This document shows, piece after piece, positions 24,768 to 34,836 of a DNA stretch of 56,614 nucleotides. Every line of letters starts with the position of its first letter. Position 1 is the stretch's first letter. This DNA is from a virus. Lineage: Duplodnaviria > Caudoviricetes. The translations under genes and the position numbers were made by a program. The notes beneath the pieces were generated by a model. The model was given only the letters and a program-made list of their open reading frames with translations, made no database searches and had not been told where the DNA came from. The stretch is from positions 1-56,614 of IMG/VR virus record IMGVR_UViG_3300030606_000008. One strand, 5' to 3'.

Positions 24768-24833
24768 ATGATTACTAACCCCTTCAAATCCAGTTTCGTG
24801 AACGCCGGCACCTCTACTCAGCTCGAGCTGTAA
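24768..24833 (+). CDS. Possible 21-aa small ORF or leader peptide MITNPFKSSFVNAGTSTQLEL (25 aa if started at 24756)
   Basis: GGAG SD-like sequence 6 nt upstream of ATG 24768; TAA at 24831-24833, just before the next gene's SD. Confidence 0.3.
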   Translation: MITNPFKSSFVNAGTSTQLEL

Positions 24834-24842
24834 AGGGGGTTT

Positions 24843-27800
24843 GTGAGTCTGAGTATTACTGGGTACGTACTGGATCCGGTCAGGGTTGGGGTCTCAACTT
24901 CTCCCTTTACGCTGTCCCCAGACAATCTCATTTCGAATCAGACGTCGTTTGATTCGGCCTACCCTTCCGATGAGTCTGAGCCGAGGGCGGAGTACCTCGT
25001 CCAGGTACTGGAGGAGTCTTTTTCGGGCCCTACGGGTCCAGACGGGCGACTCAGCCTTCCAGACGCTCGGTTTTTTTGGACGAAGAACGAGGGGGAGGTC
25101 CAGAACGGGGTCCAGATACCGTTTCAGCGATTTGACTACTCGGGTCTAGACCAGCGATTCAAGACGCTTCAGGGCCTCCCTGCAACCCTCCTAGGCACGC
25201 TTCAAGCGGACTCCAACACCAACCGTTTGGCGGTAGAGGTCATCCCCCTGATGACGAGCCTGTCAAACTACCCGGTTCGGATTACGACCAACAACCCCAC
25301 CAACCCTACTCTAACGCTGACGGTTTTGTTGGTGGACGATGACGGCTCGTTTGGCAGCCCCTCGTCGGGTACGGTCGAATTATCTCGCTCGACGGGCAAC
25401 CTTCATTGGAATACCACAGACGTCACAAACGAGCAGGGGAGAGAGGTCTACTTTCAGCGACAGAGCTTTGGTCGACCTTCTGAGACTACGGGGTCTATTG
25501 GAGTTATCGGTACCGATGACCTCGTATTGACCCCGATCCCAGCTACGGGGCAAGTTCCTCTACTCAGAATGGGTAACGGAGGTTTTGCTGCGGTCGTGGA
25601 AGTCGGGTCTTTTGGGTCCCCGTCGGCTGGGACTATAGAGTGGCAGACGGGAACGGGGGTCCTCAACCTCAATGCGACGGACTTGGGGACCTACGCGGGG
25701 CAACCCCTGTTGTACGAGGGGGCAGCTGTCCAGTTATTTCAGGTCCCTACTGCTACAGTGGGGACGGTCAGTAGTCCGGGAACGGTGTCCCCTTTCGATG
25801 AGGGGGAGGACCTCTACTTCCGGGTATCGGGGGTAGTGCAGTTTCCTACTACGAAGTTTGTGGACGCTTTCACGACGGGCAGGTCTGGAGAAGTTCAAGT
25901 ACGACGATCTGACGGGCAGGTGCAAACATCTGCAGCGGATCAGAGTAAGTACGGGGCGTCGACGTTGGAGGTTGTTCGACCAGATATCGAACTAGAAAAC
26001 GGCCACACCCTACGCCTATTCCGAACCCCTGTCGACCCTGCCAACGTCACGACCGCGCAGGACGTCACTGCAACGTACGAGAAAGTAGGGGCGATCCTGG
26101 CTGACCCCATCGTTGGCCAACCCGCGGTTTTTTTGCCAGCCACCCCTCTAGACACAGAACCACTCACGGTCCGGGTCACGCAAGGGACGGGTTTTTTCGT
26201 AGGAACGTTGCAGAGACTCGACGCGGGGTCTCCCACGGGGGGGTTGGGCTACGTCATTGACGCCTCTCAAAGGCAGCTACAATACGGATTTCGTACGGAA
26301 AACTTCATCGTAGCCCCGCCGACGTCTTACGGTGCCGTACAACTTCCGTTACTTCCCATTTTTCAGTCAGGATTGGTTGTCGAACTAGAGGAGACGGCGG
26401 GCGTAGGGGATTGGCAGACTCTGACGGTCGGTCAAGACTTTGTCGTAGACTACGCTTCGGGCGTGGTGTCGTTCACTCAAACGAGTGGGGAGGTCAAAGC
26501 TTCGGGCACTACTGATTCTACGGCGGGGAGCACCCTGACGGACGCTCTTCGAGACTTTACGGCGGAGGGAGTGGGGTCTGGGAATACTCTCGAAGTCTAT
26601 GCCGGCGTCAACCAGGGGGTCTATACCGTTGCTACAGTTGGGACGGAGACGGTCACGGTCACTCCAGCCTTCCCGGGAGGAGGGTCGGACGAAGTTTACG
26701 AGATACGGACTGCTCGAGAAGTGCTGGCTGATCGCTTCTTCAGGGAGATACCCTCAGTAGACCCGAACACGACAGTCGAGCGCCTACAAAATCTGGGAAC
26801 CACGGTAAATAGCCCACGTCTCTCCGTCGATACCAGCCACATAAACGTGAGTCGATTCAGGTTTGGGTCGTCGACTTTTTCCACGACAGTTACGACGGTA
26901 GTTAACGACGGAGCATTTACAGCCCCGGCTTCGCTGGCAGTAGGCGAAGTAGAGGTCAGTCTAGATACGGGGAATCTCAACTTCAGTCAGACGGACGTCA
27001 CGGAGGGTCTCGACGTGTTTTGGGCTAGGACCCTCACTTTGGGGGTAGACTACAAAGTCCAATCGGGTTTGGGGTTCTTAGAGTTCACGGAGAGGTTATT
27101 CTCAGAAGAAGAACTCGTCCTCAACTACGCCCATCTAGACGACGTCTTATCGGACGGGACGGTTGTCAAAACCGCAGTCGTGGACGAACGGGGGGCATTT
27201 TTGGTCTCCAAAGAGTTGACTCAAGACCACCCCGACCCCACCAACACGCTCTCCTTCAATCCCGAAGGGAGGGAGGTGGCGAGTAGTCCTACTCCCAGGG
27301 CGTATCGGGGAGGAAGACCGCAGCGTTCGGACCAAGTTTCCTTCGACGTTACGGCCTCGACGGTCACTTTTACTGAGCCCTCCACTGTGACGGACGCCCT
27401 CCCCTCGGGGTCTAGGGTTGACCCCAGTGAGAACGTCTACGTCGACTACTACATCTTGGGGGCGCTTGGGGGGGAGAAGAACGTCTCGGTGCTACAGCCC
27501 CCCATGGCTACCGTGACAGTTGTCATCGAGGAAGGGGGTACCTCTTTCACTGTCGAGGGTGACCGTACGGCAGAGTTCTTAGCCAACCACGTCCTACTCC
27601 TGAATAGGACGGACGCCTACCTCATCGGGTCGTCCTCGTTCGACGGGACGGACACGACAGTCACCCTGGACCAGAGCCCTCCTCAATCGTTCAAGTCTGA
27701 CTATCGTAATCCTACGTTGAAGGTTACCTCTGGAGAGATACGAAGGGTTGCCGCAGGAATCGGTCTTCCAGCTTACTTCGAGACGGAGGCCTCTAGCTTC

Positions 27801-30731
27801 GACCCCGTCCCCAGGGGTTCCAACCGATTCAAGATTTTAGGGGACGTCACTCGACTGTATCAGGAGGGGGTAGTGGTGTTGTACACGGACGACACCACTT
27901 TTCAAGACTACAGCCTCGTCGAGGGTTCGGAGTACAACGCCTCTTCCAATCGTACTACCGTTACTTTGAGTTCGAACGTGCGTCGAGGTTACGACAGCCT
28001 GACAACCGTCCGACGAACGATCCGAGCCATCCTCAAAAACCCATCGGCAGATGTCTTCACCTCTGCACCTCCTTTGTCGGGGTCTACTTTCAATGTCTAC
28101 AAGCAGACGGAGGGCGATTCGAGCGAACTTTTGGCTAGGGGGACCGACTACACTTTGGACGATGCGGGTAGGCTATCCTTTACTGAACCTCTAGACTTGA
28201 ATGAGTCGTGGAGCATTTCCTATACGGGGTCGGTCCTAATTGAAGTGGGGAGACGGGTACGGGCCACTTGGAATGCAGCCTCCATCCCGAGTGTCACCAA
28301 CGGGTTACTCAATCAAACGTTGGTGATGGACTACACGACCTACGTTCCCGATACGTTCTACTACCGCGTGGAGACGATGACCAACTTTCGGGGGGAACTC
28401 TTGACGCAGTTCAATGAGGATGCCAAGGCACGGGCCTCTTCTCAAGGTCCCATACTAGAGAATACGCCGGGGGCTCGCCTACACGACCAAGGAAATGAGG
28501 GCCTCTTCTTCAAGGAACGGGACTTAGTCAATCAAGACGTCGTGGCGGTCCCTACTCTAAAGTACTACAACGACGCCATCAATCACCTGGAAGACTACCT
28601 CCAGGCTTGTGATGGTAGAGTCGTGGGGGATGGAGACGGGAGGTTTTTGTTCGACGGGAATCTAGACAACCCAGTGAGGTCTTCTTTTGCTACCGTCACC
28701 AATCAGATAGACGACTATGTAGAGCTCTCAGGAAACATGGTCGTTCAGGCTTACGAAGCTTCGGCGGTCAGTCGATTTTATCCGACTACTCGGGTGAGTA
28801 TTGGGGATACAGAGGACACGACTAGTCTAGACACGGGGGACACCGTGTTCGACACGGGTCACCAACCGTTGACGACGGTCAACTCGATACGACGCCGGTT
28901 TCCTTTCGCCATGGTTACGGTGGCTGCAGAAGCGGGGGCTACGGTTCTCACGGTAGACGACGCTGACGGGAACTCTGTTTTTACACGTCCTGCGTTTCCG
29001 GACACAGTAGTCGTCGAGGTCGTTGACCAAGACGGGACTCCTATTGATACCACGGGTCTCACGGTTGACAGCTCTACACCTACGACAATCACTTTGAGTG
29101 GTGGGGTAGCTGCCCCTGTTCCAGTGGGGGCCACCGTACGCCTCTCAGAGACGGATACGGCCTACCAGCAGTCTTACATCGTAGACGTGGACGTAGGGGT
29201 CAACTCGAATGACGGCCTCTTGACATTTGTAGAGGCGGGGGATGTCCCCCCTCCTTTTACTCCGAAGACCTTTCTGACGATAGAGCAGTGGGACGTGGAC
29301 TTGGGGACGTCTCCCAGTACGACCCGACCTGAGAGAGCCCCATTTTTGGATGGGGGGGTCTCTGACGATGACGGAGACGTTCAGACTCCCCTTTTGACGC
29401 CGAGGGTCGCTTCCGAGCTGGCTTTGAGTCCGTTGGACGGGCTTTCGATGGGGTTGGGGTTGTTGGATCTCGAGGCGGGTTACTTGACCGATATTCAAGC
29501 TGACGCGGTAGACCCTTTTCAGGGGGTTGGGGACGTCTCAGGAGGGACGCTTACAGTAACTACCCCATCGTCTTTTCCTACTACGCCTAGGAGGGGAGAC
29601 CTCGTCCAAATCCTAGACGGGGTGCATGGCCCGAGTAATTACGTACGGGTTCTTTCTGCAGACCCCACCACCATTACCCTGGAGGAGTCGTTTTCAGCAG
29701 ACACGGGACTCACGTTCACGGTGACGACGGTGACGGCACCTCTAGTCAGTTCGGGGTCTACCTCAGACACGAACGGGACGTCTTTTAACGACACGGGAGA
29801 GGACTTCGTGTCTGCGGGGGTCCTGCCGGGACACACCGTAGTCATTATCAGTGGGTCCAACGACTTGGAGAGGCGTCAAGTAGCGTCAGTCAACTCGACG
29901 ACGTCTATCACCTTGGTCAGTGCGTTTACGAACGTCTCGTCGGGGTTCAGCTATCGTATCGATAACCCCGTCAACACCTTTGGGCTTGCTTCTACCTCTT
30001 CTGCCGAATTGGAACGACTCAACTTGGAGAAGCAGAAGGACGTCCTCAGCGATGACGCAAGTTCTGAGATCAACGCCTTGGAAGATTATGTCGACTCAGT
30101 AGGAACGGATATCTCTAGTTCAGCGGCGGGGAGTACGGTCCTCTCCAGTACTTTCGAAGACCTTACGGCTGACTTCGAGGCGGACGGGGTATCTCTCACG
30201 GACTACCTCCACATCACGTCTGGAGCCGATGCCGGGTTCTATGCCGTAGCTTCCATCGACAGTGCTACGGAGTTGACCGTAGGGGGTACCTTTACCGAGG
30301 CCGCGGGGAGTCTTTCCTATCGAGTCATTCGAGTCTCTGGCATCAGTTTGACTGGCTTGAATGAGGTCTTTGACGTACTGACTAACTCTCAGACCTCCTT
30401 GGCTGAAGTCAATACTTTGTTGGGGAGGTTGGCTACGGTTACGGTAGAGAACGACGCCGGAGCTTACGCGCAGACGGTTCGGGCTTCAGACATTACGACT
30501 AGGGTTTCGGAAAATACGGCAAGAGTAACGCAGGCAGGCATAGATACTTCCAACATCGAGGCGGTGCTGAATGACATCGACCGCCTCTACAACACGAGGT
30601 TCGTATGGATCGACGGCAGGATCAACCTAGGGACGGGAATACTGACGAGGAAAGTGCGCGCAGTGGAGGACAGGGAGGAAGCTCTGACGGCCCTGATATC
30701 GGACCTGACGAAGATCCTGACATCGGCGTGA
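24843..30731 (+). CDS. Very large acidic beta-rich virion structural protein (baseplate/fibre)
   Basis: 1962-aa uninterrupted ORF, Thr/Ser/Val/Gly/Asp-rich, with internal repeats (DFxxxGV..G..YxV; GxDYxV). Confidence 0.75.
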   Translation: MSLSITGYVLDPVRVGVSTSPFTLSPDNLISNQTSFDSAYPSDESEPRAEYLVQVLEESFSGPTGPDGRLSLPDARFFWTKNEGEVQNGVQIPFQRFDYSGLDQRFKTLQGLPATLLGTLQADSNTNRLAVEVIPLMTSLSNYPVRITTNNPTNPTLTLTVLLVDDDGSFGSPSSGTVELSRSTGNLHWNTTDVTNEQGREVYFQRQSFGRPSETTGSIGVIGTDDLVLTPIPATGQVPLLRMGNGGFAAVVEVGSFGSPSAGTIEWQTGTGVLNLNATDLGTYAGQPLLYEGAAVQLFQVPTATVGTVSSPGTVSPFDEGEDLYFRVSGVVQFPTTKFVDAFTTGRSGEVQVRRSDGQVQTSAADQSKYGASTLEVVRPDIELENGHTLRLFRTPVDPANVTTAQDVTATYEKVGAILADPIVGQPAVFLPATPLDTEPLTVRVTQGTGFFVGTLQRLDAGSPTGGLGYVIDASQRQLQYGFRTENFIVAPPTSYGAVQLPLLPIFQSGLVVELEETAGVGDWQTLTVGQDFVVDYASGVVSFTQTSGEVKASGTTDSTAGSTLTDALRDFTAEGVGSGNTLEVYAGVNQGVYTVATVGTETVTVTPAFPGGGSDEVYEIRTAREVLADRFFREIPSVDPNTTVERLQNLGTTVNSPRLSVDTSHINVSRFRFGSSTFSTTVTTVVNDGAFTAPASLAVGEVEVSLDTGNLNFSQTDVTEGLDVFWARTLTLGVDYKVQSGLGFLEFTERLFSEEELVLNYAHLDDVLSDGTVVKTAVVDERGAFLVSKELTQDHPDPTNTLSFNPEGREVASSPTPRAYRGGRPQRSDQVSFDVTASTVTFTEPSTVTDALPSGSRVDPSENVYVDYYILGALGGEKNVSVLQPPMATVTVVIEEGGTSFTVEGDRTAEFLANHVLLLNRTDAYLIGSSSFDGTDTTVTLDQSPPQSFKSDYRNPTLKVTSGEIRRVAAGIGLPAYFETEASSFDPVPRGSNRFKILGDVTRLYQEGVVVLYTDDTTFQDYSLVEGSEYNASSNRTTVTLSSNVRRGYDSLTTVRRTIRAILKNPSADVFTSAPPLSGSTFNVYKQTEGDSSELLARGTDYTLDDAGRLSFTEPLDLNESWSISYTGSVLIEVGRRVRATWNAASIPSVTNGLLNQTLVMDYTTYVPDTFYYRVETMTNFRGELLTQFNEDAKARASSQGPILENTPGARLHDQGNEGLFFKERDLVNQDVVAVPTLKYYNDAINHLEDYLQACDGRVVGDGDGRFLFDGNLDNPVRSSFATVTNQIDDYVELSGNMVVQAYEASAVSRFYPTTRVSIGDTEDTTSLDTGDTVFDTGHQPLTTVNSIRRRFPFAMVTVAAEAGATVLTVDDADGNSVFTRPAFPDTVVVEVVDQDGTPIDTTGLTVDSSTPTTITLSGGVAAPVPVGATVRLSETDTAYQQSYIVDVDVGVNSNDGLLTFVEAGDVPPPFTPKTFLTIEQWDVDLGTSPSTTRPERAPFLDGGVSDDDGDVQTPLLTPRVASELALSPLDGLSMGLGLLDLEAGYLTDIQADAVDPFQGVGDVSGGTLTVTTPSSFPTTPRRGDLVQILDGVHGPSNYVRVLSADPTTITLEESFSADTGLTFTVTTVTAPLVSSGSTSDTNGTSFNDTGEDFVSAGVLPGHTVVIISGSNDLERRQVASVNSTTSITLVSAFTNVSSGFSYRIDNPVNTFGLASTSSAELERLNLEKQKDVLSDDASSEINALEDYVDSVGTDISSSAAGSTVLSSTFEDLTADFEADGVSLTDYLHITSGADAGFYAVASIDSATELTVGGTFTEAAGSLSYRVIRVSGISLTGLNEVFDVLTNSQTSLAEVNTLLGRLATVTVENDAGAYAQTVRASDITTRVSENTARVTQAGIDTSNIEAVLNDIDRLYNTRFVWIDGRINLGTGILTRKVRAVEDREEALTALISDLTKILTSA

Positions 30732-30868
30732 AGCCGAAGTGGCAGTACCGTCAAAGGCTGGGGATACACGACCGTATGGCAGAGGTGGTCCAATTGACTA
30801 TTGAAGCTACTAGGAAGCAGATAGAGCATGAGCGTAAGAAGTTGAGAAAGTTGAAGTACGGAAGCTGA
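30728..30868 (+). CDS. Small basic protein (46 aa)
   Basis: GTGA overlap with the previous stop; MKPKWQYRQRLG...KLKYGS fills the gap to 30873. The ORF-track start 30605 overlaps the large gene. Confidence 0.55.
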   Translation: MKPKWQYRQRLGIHDRMAEVVQLTIEATRKQIEHERKKLRKLKYGS

Positions 30869-30872
30869 GTAG

Positions 30873-32948
30873 ATGGCTAATTGGCAAACCTTCCAAGTTC
30901 AGGTCCCCGGTAAAGACCTCCTAGAACCGGCTCGAAACATTCTCGAGCAGCTGATGATCTTCTTGGATGTCCTGAAGGCCATACTCGACACCATCAAGGT
31001 CTTTCTAGTAGACTTCGGCAACCCCCTCAAAGCATTGGTAGAAGCTTTGATCGGCCTCATAGAGGAGATGGTCTTAGCCTTGACTGTATCGGGGATTTTT
31101 GCGTTGTATCATGTCCCAAACCCCATAGCAGACCCCAACTTCAACTACATCAAGGGGTACGACTCTTTCATCAACGTCTTCAAGTCGAGTCTCGTGGACA
31201 GCAAGGACCCCAAAAGACCCCAGCCCCGACAAGGGTCTGCGCAGGGGGGATTTGTACTCCTAGTAGTCCAGGCGGACTCACTTTCGGCGATTTTGGGTAG
31301 GATTCAACAGCTGTTGAGGTTCTTCTCCAGGGAGTTCGAGACTCCCAGGTATGAGACCCCTCGAAACCTTCAGGTCTCCCCGTTGAGTGCGAGTGGGGAC
31401 CCTCTTTTGTCAGTAGCCCGAGTATTCATCGATTCTGCGACGTCGATAGCTTTGACCTGGTCGTTACCCACTTCTCAGGAGACTCCAGACCCCAGCTTCG
31501 GAGACGTCATCGACAGGGTGGCTAAGGAGTTTATCCCGTCGAAGTTTTTGATCGAGCGCTCGGTGGAGATAAATCCTGCTGCTCAACTCATCGACATAGC
31601 AGACATCAAGAATGCAAGTCGGGCTGGCACTGTGGAATTTGGGAGGGAGGTACGTACGGTAGGGGGGCATACAATCATCAAACGAGACATCCTGCGAGAC
31701 AACTTCCAAGAGCCTGTTACTAAGTTCACGGACTACATTGTTTTGGACCAGTCGACACTGGCCAATATTTCAGGTCAATTAGGCAAGTTTCGGTACGTCG
31801 ACACGGACGTTGAACCCAACAAGACCTACTACTACCGGGTTCGAGCTTTCAGTGGGGACCTGGACATCGATGGGAACGGGCAGCTGAACTGGGGAGACCC
31901 CGTCCCTACTGACAACCAAGTCCCAAGTGTTACCTGGCCTTCAGCGGATGAGTCCCCTATTCTGGCTGGCAAAGCAACTGGGATTCTTCATACGAGGCTA
32001 CCCCAACCCATTACCGGGACCTTTGATGTCATAGACAGTTTACAGAGAGTCTTTCAAGCGGCTTTCACTTGCGACTTTCATCGAGAAGTAGGTCCCGAGA
32101 CTTCTCCTGCCATAGGGGCGGGGTCCCTGTCCAAGCACGCGGGTATGGCCAAAACGGTGAACGCCGACCTCATTCGGGGGACGTTGGTCAGCGCGTCTAC
32201 CATCAATGAGGGGTTGGCCCTGAACTCGCGAGACTTTCCGTGGGAGGACTTCAAAGTACTCAAGAAGTCCATTGAGTTGGCCGATCTCGTGGGGTCGAGG
32301 ATGTTGGACTCGGAGGCTTCTGTGGTTCTACGTTTTCAGTCCTTGATGGAGTCCCCGAACCCGCAGACCCCTCTGGGGGAGTCTACGACTCTGGCCGCGA
32401 TCCAGAAGTTAACCGATATGGATACGACGGACGTGGAGAAAGCCAACATTTTTGTGGCTGCCTACACAGACACCCAGTTTAGGGAGGAACTCTTGGGGGT
32501 GGTAAATTACTTAGTTCCTCTCTTGTTTCAGGGGATCCCCCCCAATTGGCTATCTGTCGCGCCCCTACGGGACATAGTCCCTTGGGCGGGTCAGATCATC
32601 TATGGTATCTTAGATAAGATTCAGGCTTTGGCCGATGCTTTCAATGGGGTCCTAGGGGAGATCAATGCTTTTACCGACTTGTTAGAGCAAAAGATCAACA
32701 CTCTGGAGGATACCTTAGCTTTCCTCATATCGGTTCTCAACCTCATCGAGACCCTACAGTTCTCAGCCTTCGTACTTCATGTCCCTGAGATTGGGGGGAC
32801 AGTGCAGAATTGGATACAGGCAGTTGATACGGCAGGAGGCACAGCCCCCTTGACCGGACCTGGTGGGTACTCCAGTGGGGTGGCGCTAGCCTATGTCGCC
32901 CCAAATGTCAAAGCATTCAAAACCGCCTTTTCAGTCATCTTTGGATAA
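30873..32948 (+). CDS. Baseplate-region structural protein with an FN3-like domain and helical ends
   Basis: IALTWSLP..FLIERS..YVDTDVEPNKTYYYRVRAFS is an FN3 signature; amphipathic helices at both termini. Confidence 0.65.
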   Translation: MANWQTFQVQVPGKDLLEPARNILEQLMIFLDVLKAILDTIKVFLVDFGNPLKALVEALIGLIEEMVLALTVSGIFALYHVPNPIADPNFNYIKGYDSFINVFKSSLVDSKDPKRPQPRQGSAQGGFVLLVVQADSLSAILGRIQQLLRFFSREFETPRYETPRNLQVSPLSASGDPLLSVARVFIDSATSIALTWSLPTSQETPDPSFGDVIDRVAKEFIPSKFLIERSVEINPAAQLIDIADIKNASRAGTVEFGREVRTVGGHTIIKRDILRDNFQEPVTKFTDYIVLDQSTLANISGQLGKFRYVDTDVEPNKTYYYRVRAFSGDLDIDGNGQLNWGDPVPTDNQVPSVTWPSADESPILAGKATGILHTRLPQPITGTFDVIDSLQRVFQAAFTCDFHREVGPETSPAIGAGSLSKHAGMAKTVNADLIRGTLVSASTINEGLALNSRDFPWEDFKVLKKSIELADLVGSRMLDSEASVVLRFQSLMESPNPQTPLGESTTLAAIQKLTDMDTTDVEKANIFVAAYTDTQFREELLGVVNYLVPLLFQGIPPNWLSVAPLRDIVPWAGQIIYGILDKIQALADAFNGVLGEINAFTDLLEQKINTLEDTLAFLISVLNLIETLQFSAFVLHVPEIGGTVQNWIQAVDTAGGTAPLTGPGGYSSGVALAYVAPNVKAFKTAFSVIFG

Positions 32949-32960
32949 GGGTTTTAAGGT

Positions 32961-33737
32961 GTGAGCTACGACTTTTTAGGTACATTCAACAAGTCCCAGT
33001 TCGACCGCTTCATAGCGTTCGCTAGGTCTCAGGTGCCGTACGTCGAGGCTCGGATCAACCATATTCGTCGGGAGCAGGTCCGAATAGGGAGTCTCAGCTT
33101 TACGTTTGACGCCAACAACCTTCCCAGTGAGGTAGTAGCAAATCCCACTACCTCCTACTTGGCCAAGTTGTTAGCAGCCTATGAGGTGTTGGGGGGCAAT
33201 CCATTTTTGGACTTGCGATCTCGAACTATGGACCAGGCTGTATTCGTTCGGAAGGGGTCTGAGACGCTACCGGCATCGATGATGTCCAGTGGGGAGGTCC
33301 TACCGACAAAAGGGCTTAGGGACGCTTTTAGTGCAGAGCTAGTGCGGTCTTTGAGGGGTCCCCTCCAAGAGACCCTGCACCGACGATTTGAGGCACTGGA
33401 GCGAAAGATTCGTCGAAGTCTGGACTATTCGGACCAGTTAACTAAGGAACTGGTCACGTTACAGCTCTATCAGGAGGTTGGGACTCTAGAGGGGTCGTTG
33501 GAGTTCGTAGCCGACCAGGTTCAAAACCTACTTGGTGACCCTACCTATCGAGCCATTTACAATGACAACGGGACTGACCCGTTGGGTCTCAACACGTACG
33601 CCCCTTTCAGTCAATACGACGTGGAGCCATCGGTAGACCCGCAGGTAGGAGGACCTCGGAGGACGGCCGACCTCCCTCGCCGGCAGGATACTGGGTTTAT
33701 CGGTCCCGGGGGTACGAAGGGTTCTGGTTCGATATGA
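32961..33737 (+). CDS. Hypothetical virion protein
   Basis: 258-aa ORF within the operon; ATGA coupling to the next gene. Confidence 0.7.
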   Translation: MSYDFLGTFNKSQFDRFIAFARSQVPYVEARINHIRREQVRIGSLSFTFDANNLPSEVVANPTTSYLAKLLAAYEVLGGNPFLDLRSRTMDQAVFVRKGSETLPASMMSSGEVLPTKGLRDAFSAELVRSLRGPLQETLHRRFEALERKIRRSLDYSDQLTKELVTLQLYQEVGTLEGSLEFVADQVQNLLGDPTYRAIYNDNGTDPLGLNTYAPFSQYDVEPSVDPQVGGPRRTADLPRRQDTGFIGPGGTKGSGSI

Positions 33738-34807
33738 GCTTTGATCGAAAGATAGACCAGGTTTGCACGCACCACGTAGTAGAAGAGGCGCTTTTTTTCA
33801 ACCCTGACCGAGTCATCGTCAAGCCTTTGAGGCCTATCTCGAACTCAGCCTCGGTGCGAGTTCGACTCAATGGGGTAGCCAACGTGACTCCTGCTGGGGT
33901 TCGCGTCCCAGCGGTCGGAAAGGGGTCTATCCCTGGGCCTTACAGCATTCAAGCTGGGGTCAATGACAGCCTGTCCATCGCTGTTGACAACGGGGCGGTA
34001 CAGACAGTTACTGCCGCTGCTGGAAAAGTGATCTCCGCGGCGTCCTTGGCGAGGGACCTCTCGAGTAAGATAAGTGGGGCCTCCTTCTCCGTTACGAAGA
34101 GGGGTCAAGTTCAGGCTAAGACGTCTACCAGGGGCAAAGCGGCCCGTCTCATCTTTCCTAGTAGTACTCTAGGCCCCATTCTCGGTCTTACGCCCGATAG
34201 GGTCTACCGTGGGCAGCAGACCGTCCCTTCTTGGTCTTTAGTCACGGACCCGAATACCCTAGCGGACCGCCCTGCTAGACTCATCGTTTTTGACTCTCCC
34301 ATCAACGGGACTAACGACTATGTCGAGATCTCCTATACGACCTTACGTCAGGAGTGTAGGCGGTGTGAGGGGGTGGGGATAGAAAACGACTGGAGGTACG
34401 ACCGCCGCTTTGGAGAGGTTGTCAAAGCCCGGAACGCTGAACTCCTCGTTCAAGAGGTTCTCAAGATCACCTACACGGACAAGGGGTCCAACCCTTTTCA
34501 CACGTGGTACGGCACGGGCTTGTTGGAGGCTATCGGTAAAAAGGTCACGAACCAAGGACTTCTCCAGAACCTCATCCTCAACGATGTACAAGACGCTTTC
34601 AAGAGGTGGCAGAGTATCAAGAAGCAGCAGGAAAAAATACAGGACGTTACGGATGAGGAGTACCCGTTCCGGCTGTTAGTAGTAAATCTGGAAGTAGACC
34701 CCCAAGACCCGACCATAATTTTCGTGAACGCTCTCGTTCAGAATAGGTCTGATAGCCCTATTCAAGTGACCAGGGGACTTCAACTTCCAGTTCCCCTCGA
34801 GGTTTAA
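33734..34807 (+). CDS. Baseplate wedge protein with a C-terminal gp25/gpW-like domain
   Basis: LLVQEVLKITYTDKGSNPFHTWYGTGL..DPTIIFVNALV resembles gp25; a CRRC motif precedes it; upstream of the baseplate J-like gene. Confidence 0.65.
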   Translation: MSFDRKIDQVCTHHVVEEALFFNPDRVIVKPLRPISNSASVRVRLNGVANVTPAGVRVPAVGKGSIPGPYSIQAGVNDSLSIAVDNGAVQTVTAAAGKVISAASLARDLSSKISGASFSVTKRGQVQAKTSTRGKAARLIFPSSTLGPILGLTPDRVYRGQQTVPSWSLVTDPNTLADRPARLIVFDSPINGTNDYVEISYTTLRQECRRCEGVGIENDWRYDRRFGEVVKARNAELLVQEVLKITYTDKGSNPFHTWYGTGLLEAIGKKVTNQGLLQNLILNDVQDAFKRWQSIKKQQEKIQDVTDEEYPFRLLVVNLEVDPQDPTIIFVNALVQNRSDSPIQVTRGLQLPVPLEV

Positions 34808-34836
34808 GTTCTACTGTTGAGTAGGCTCTGTAATAT

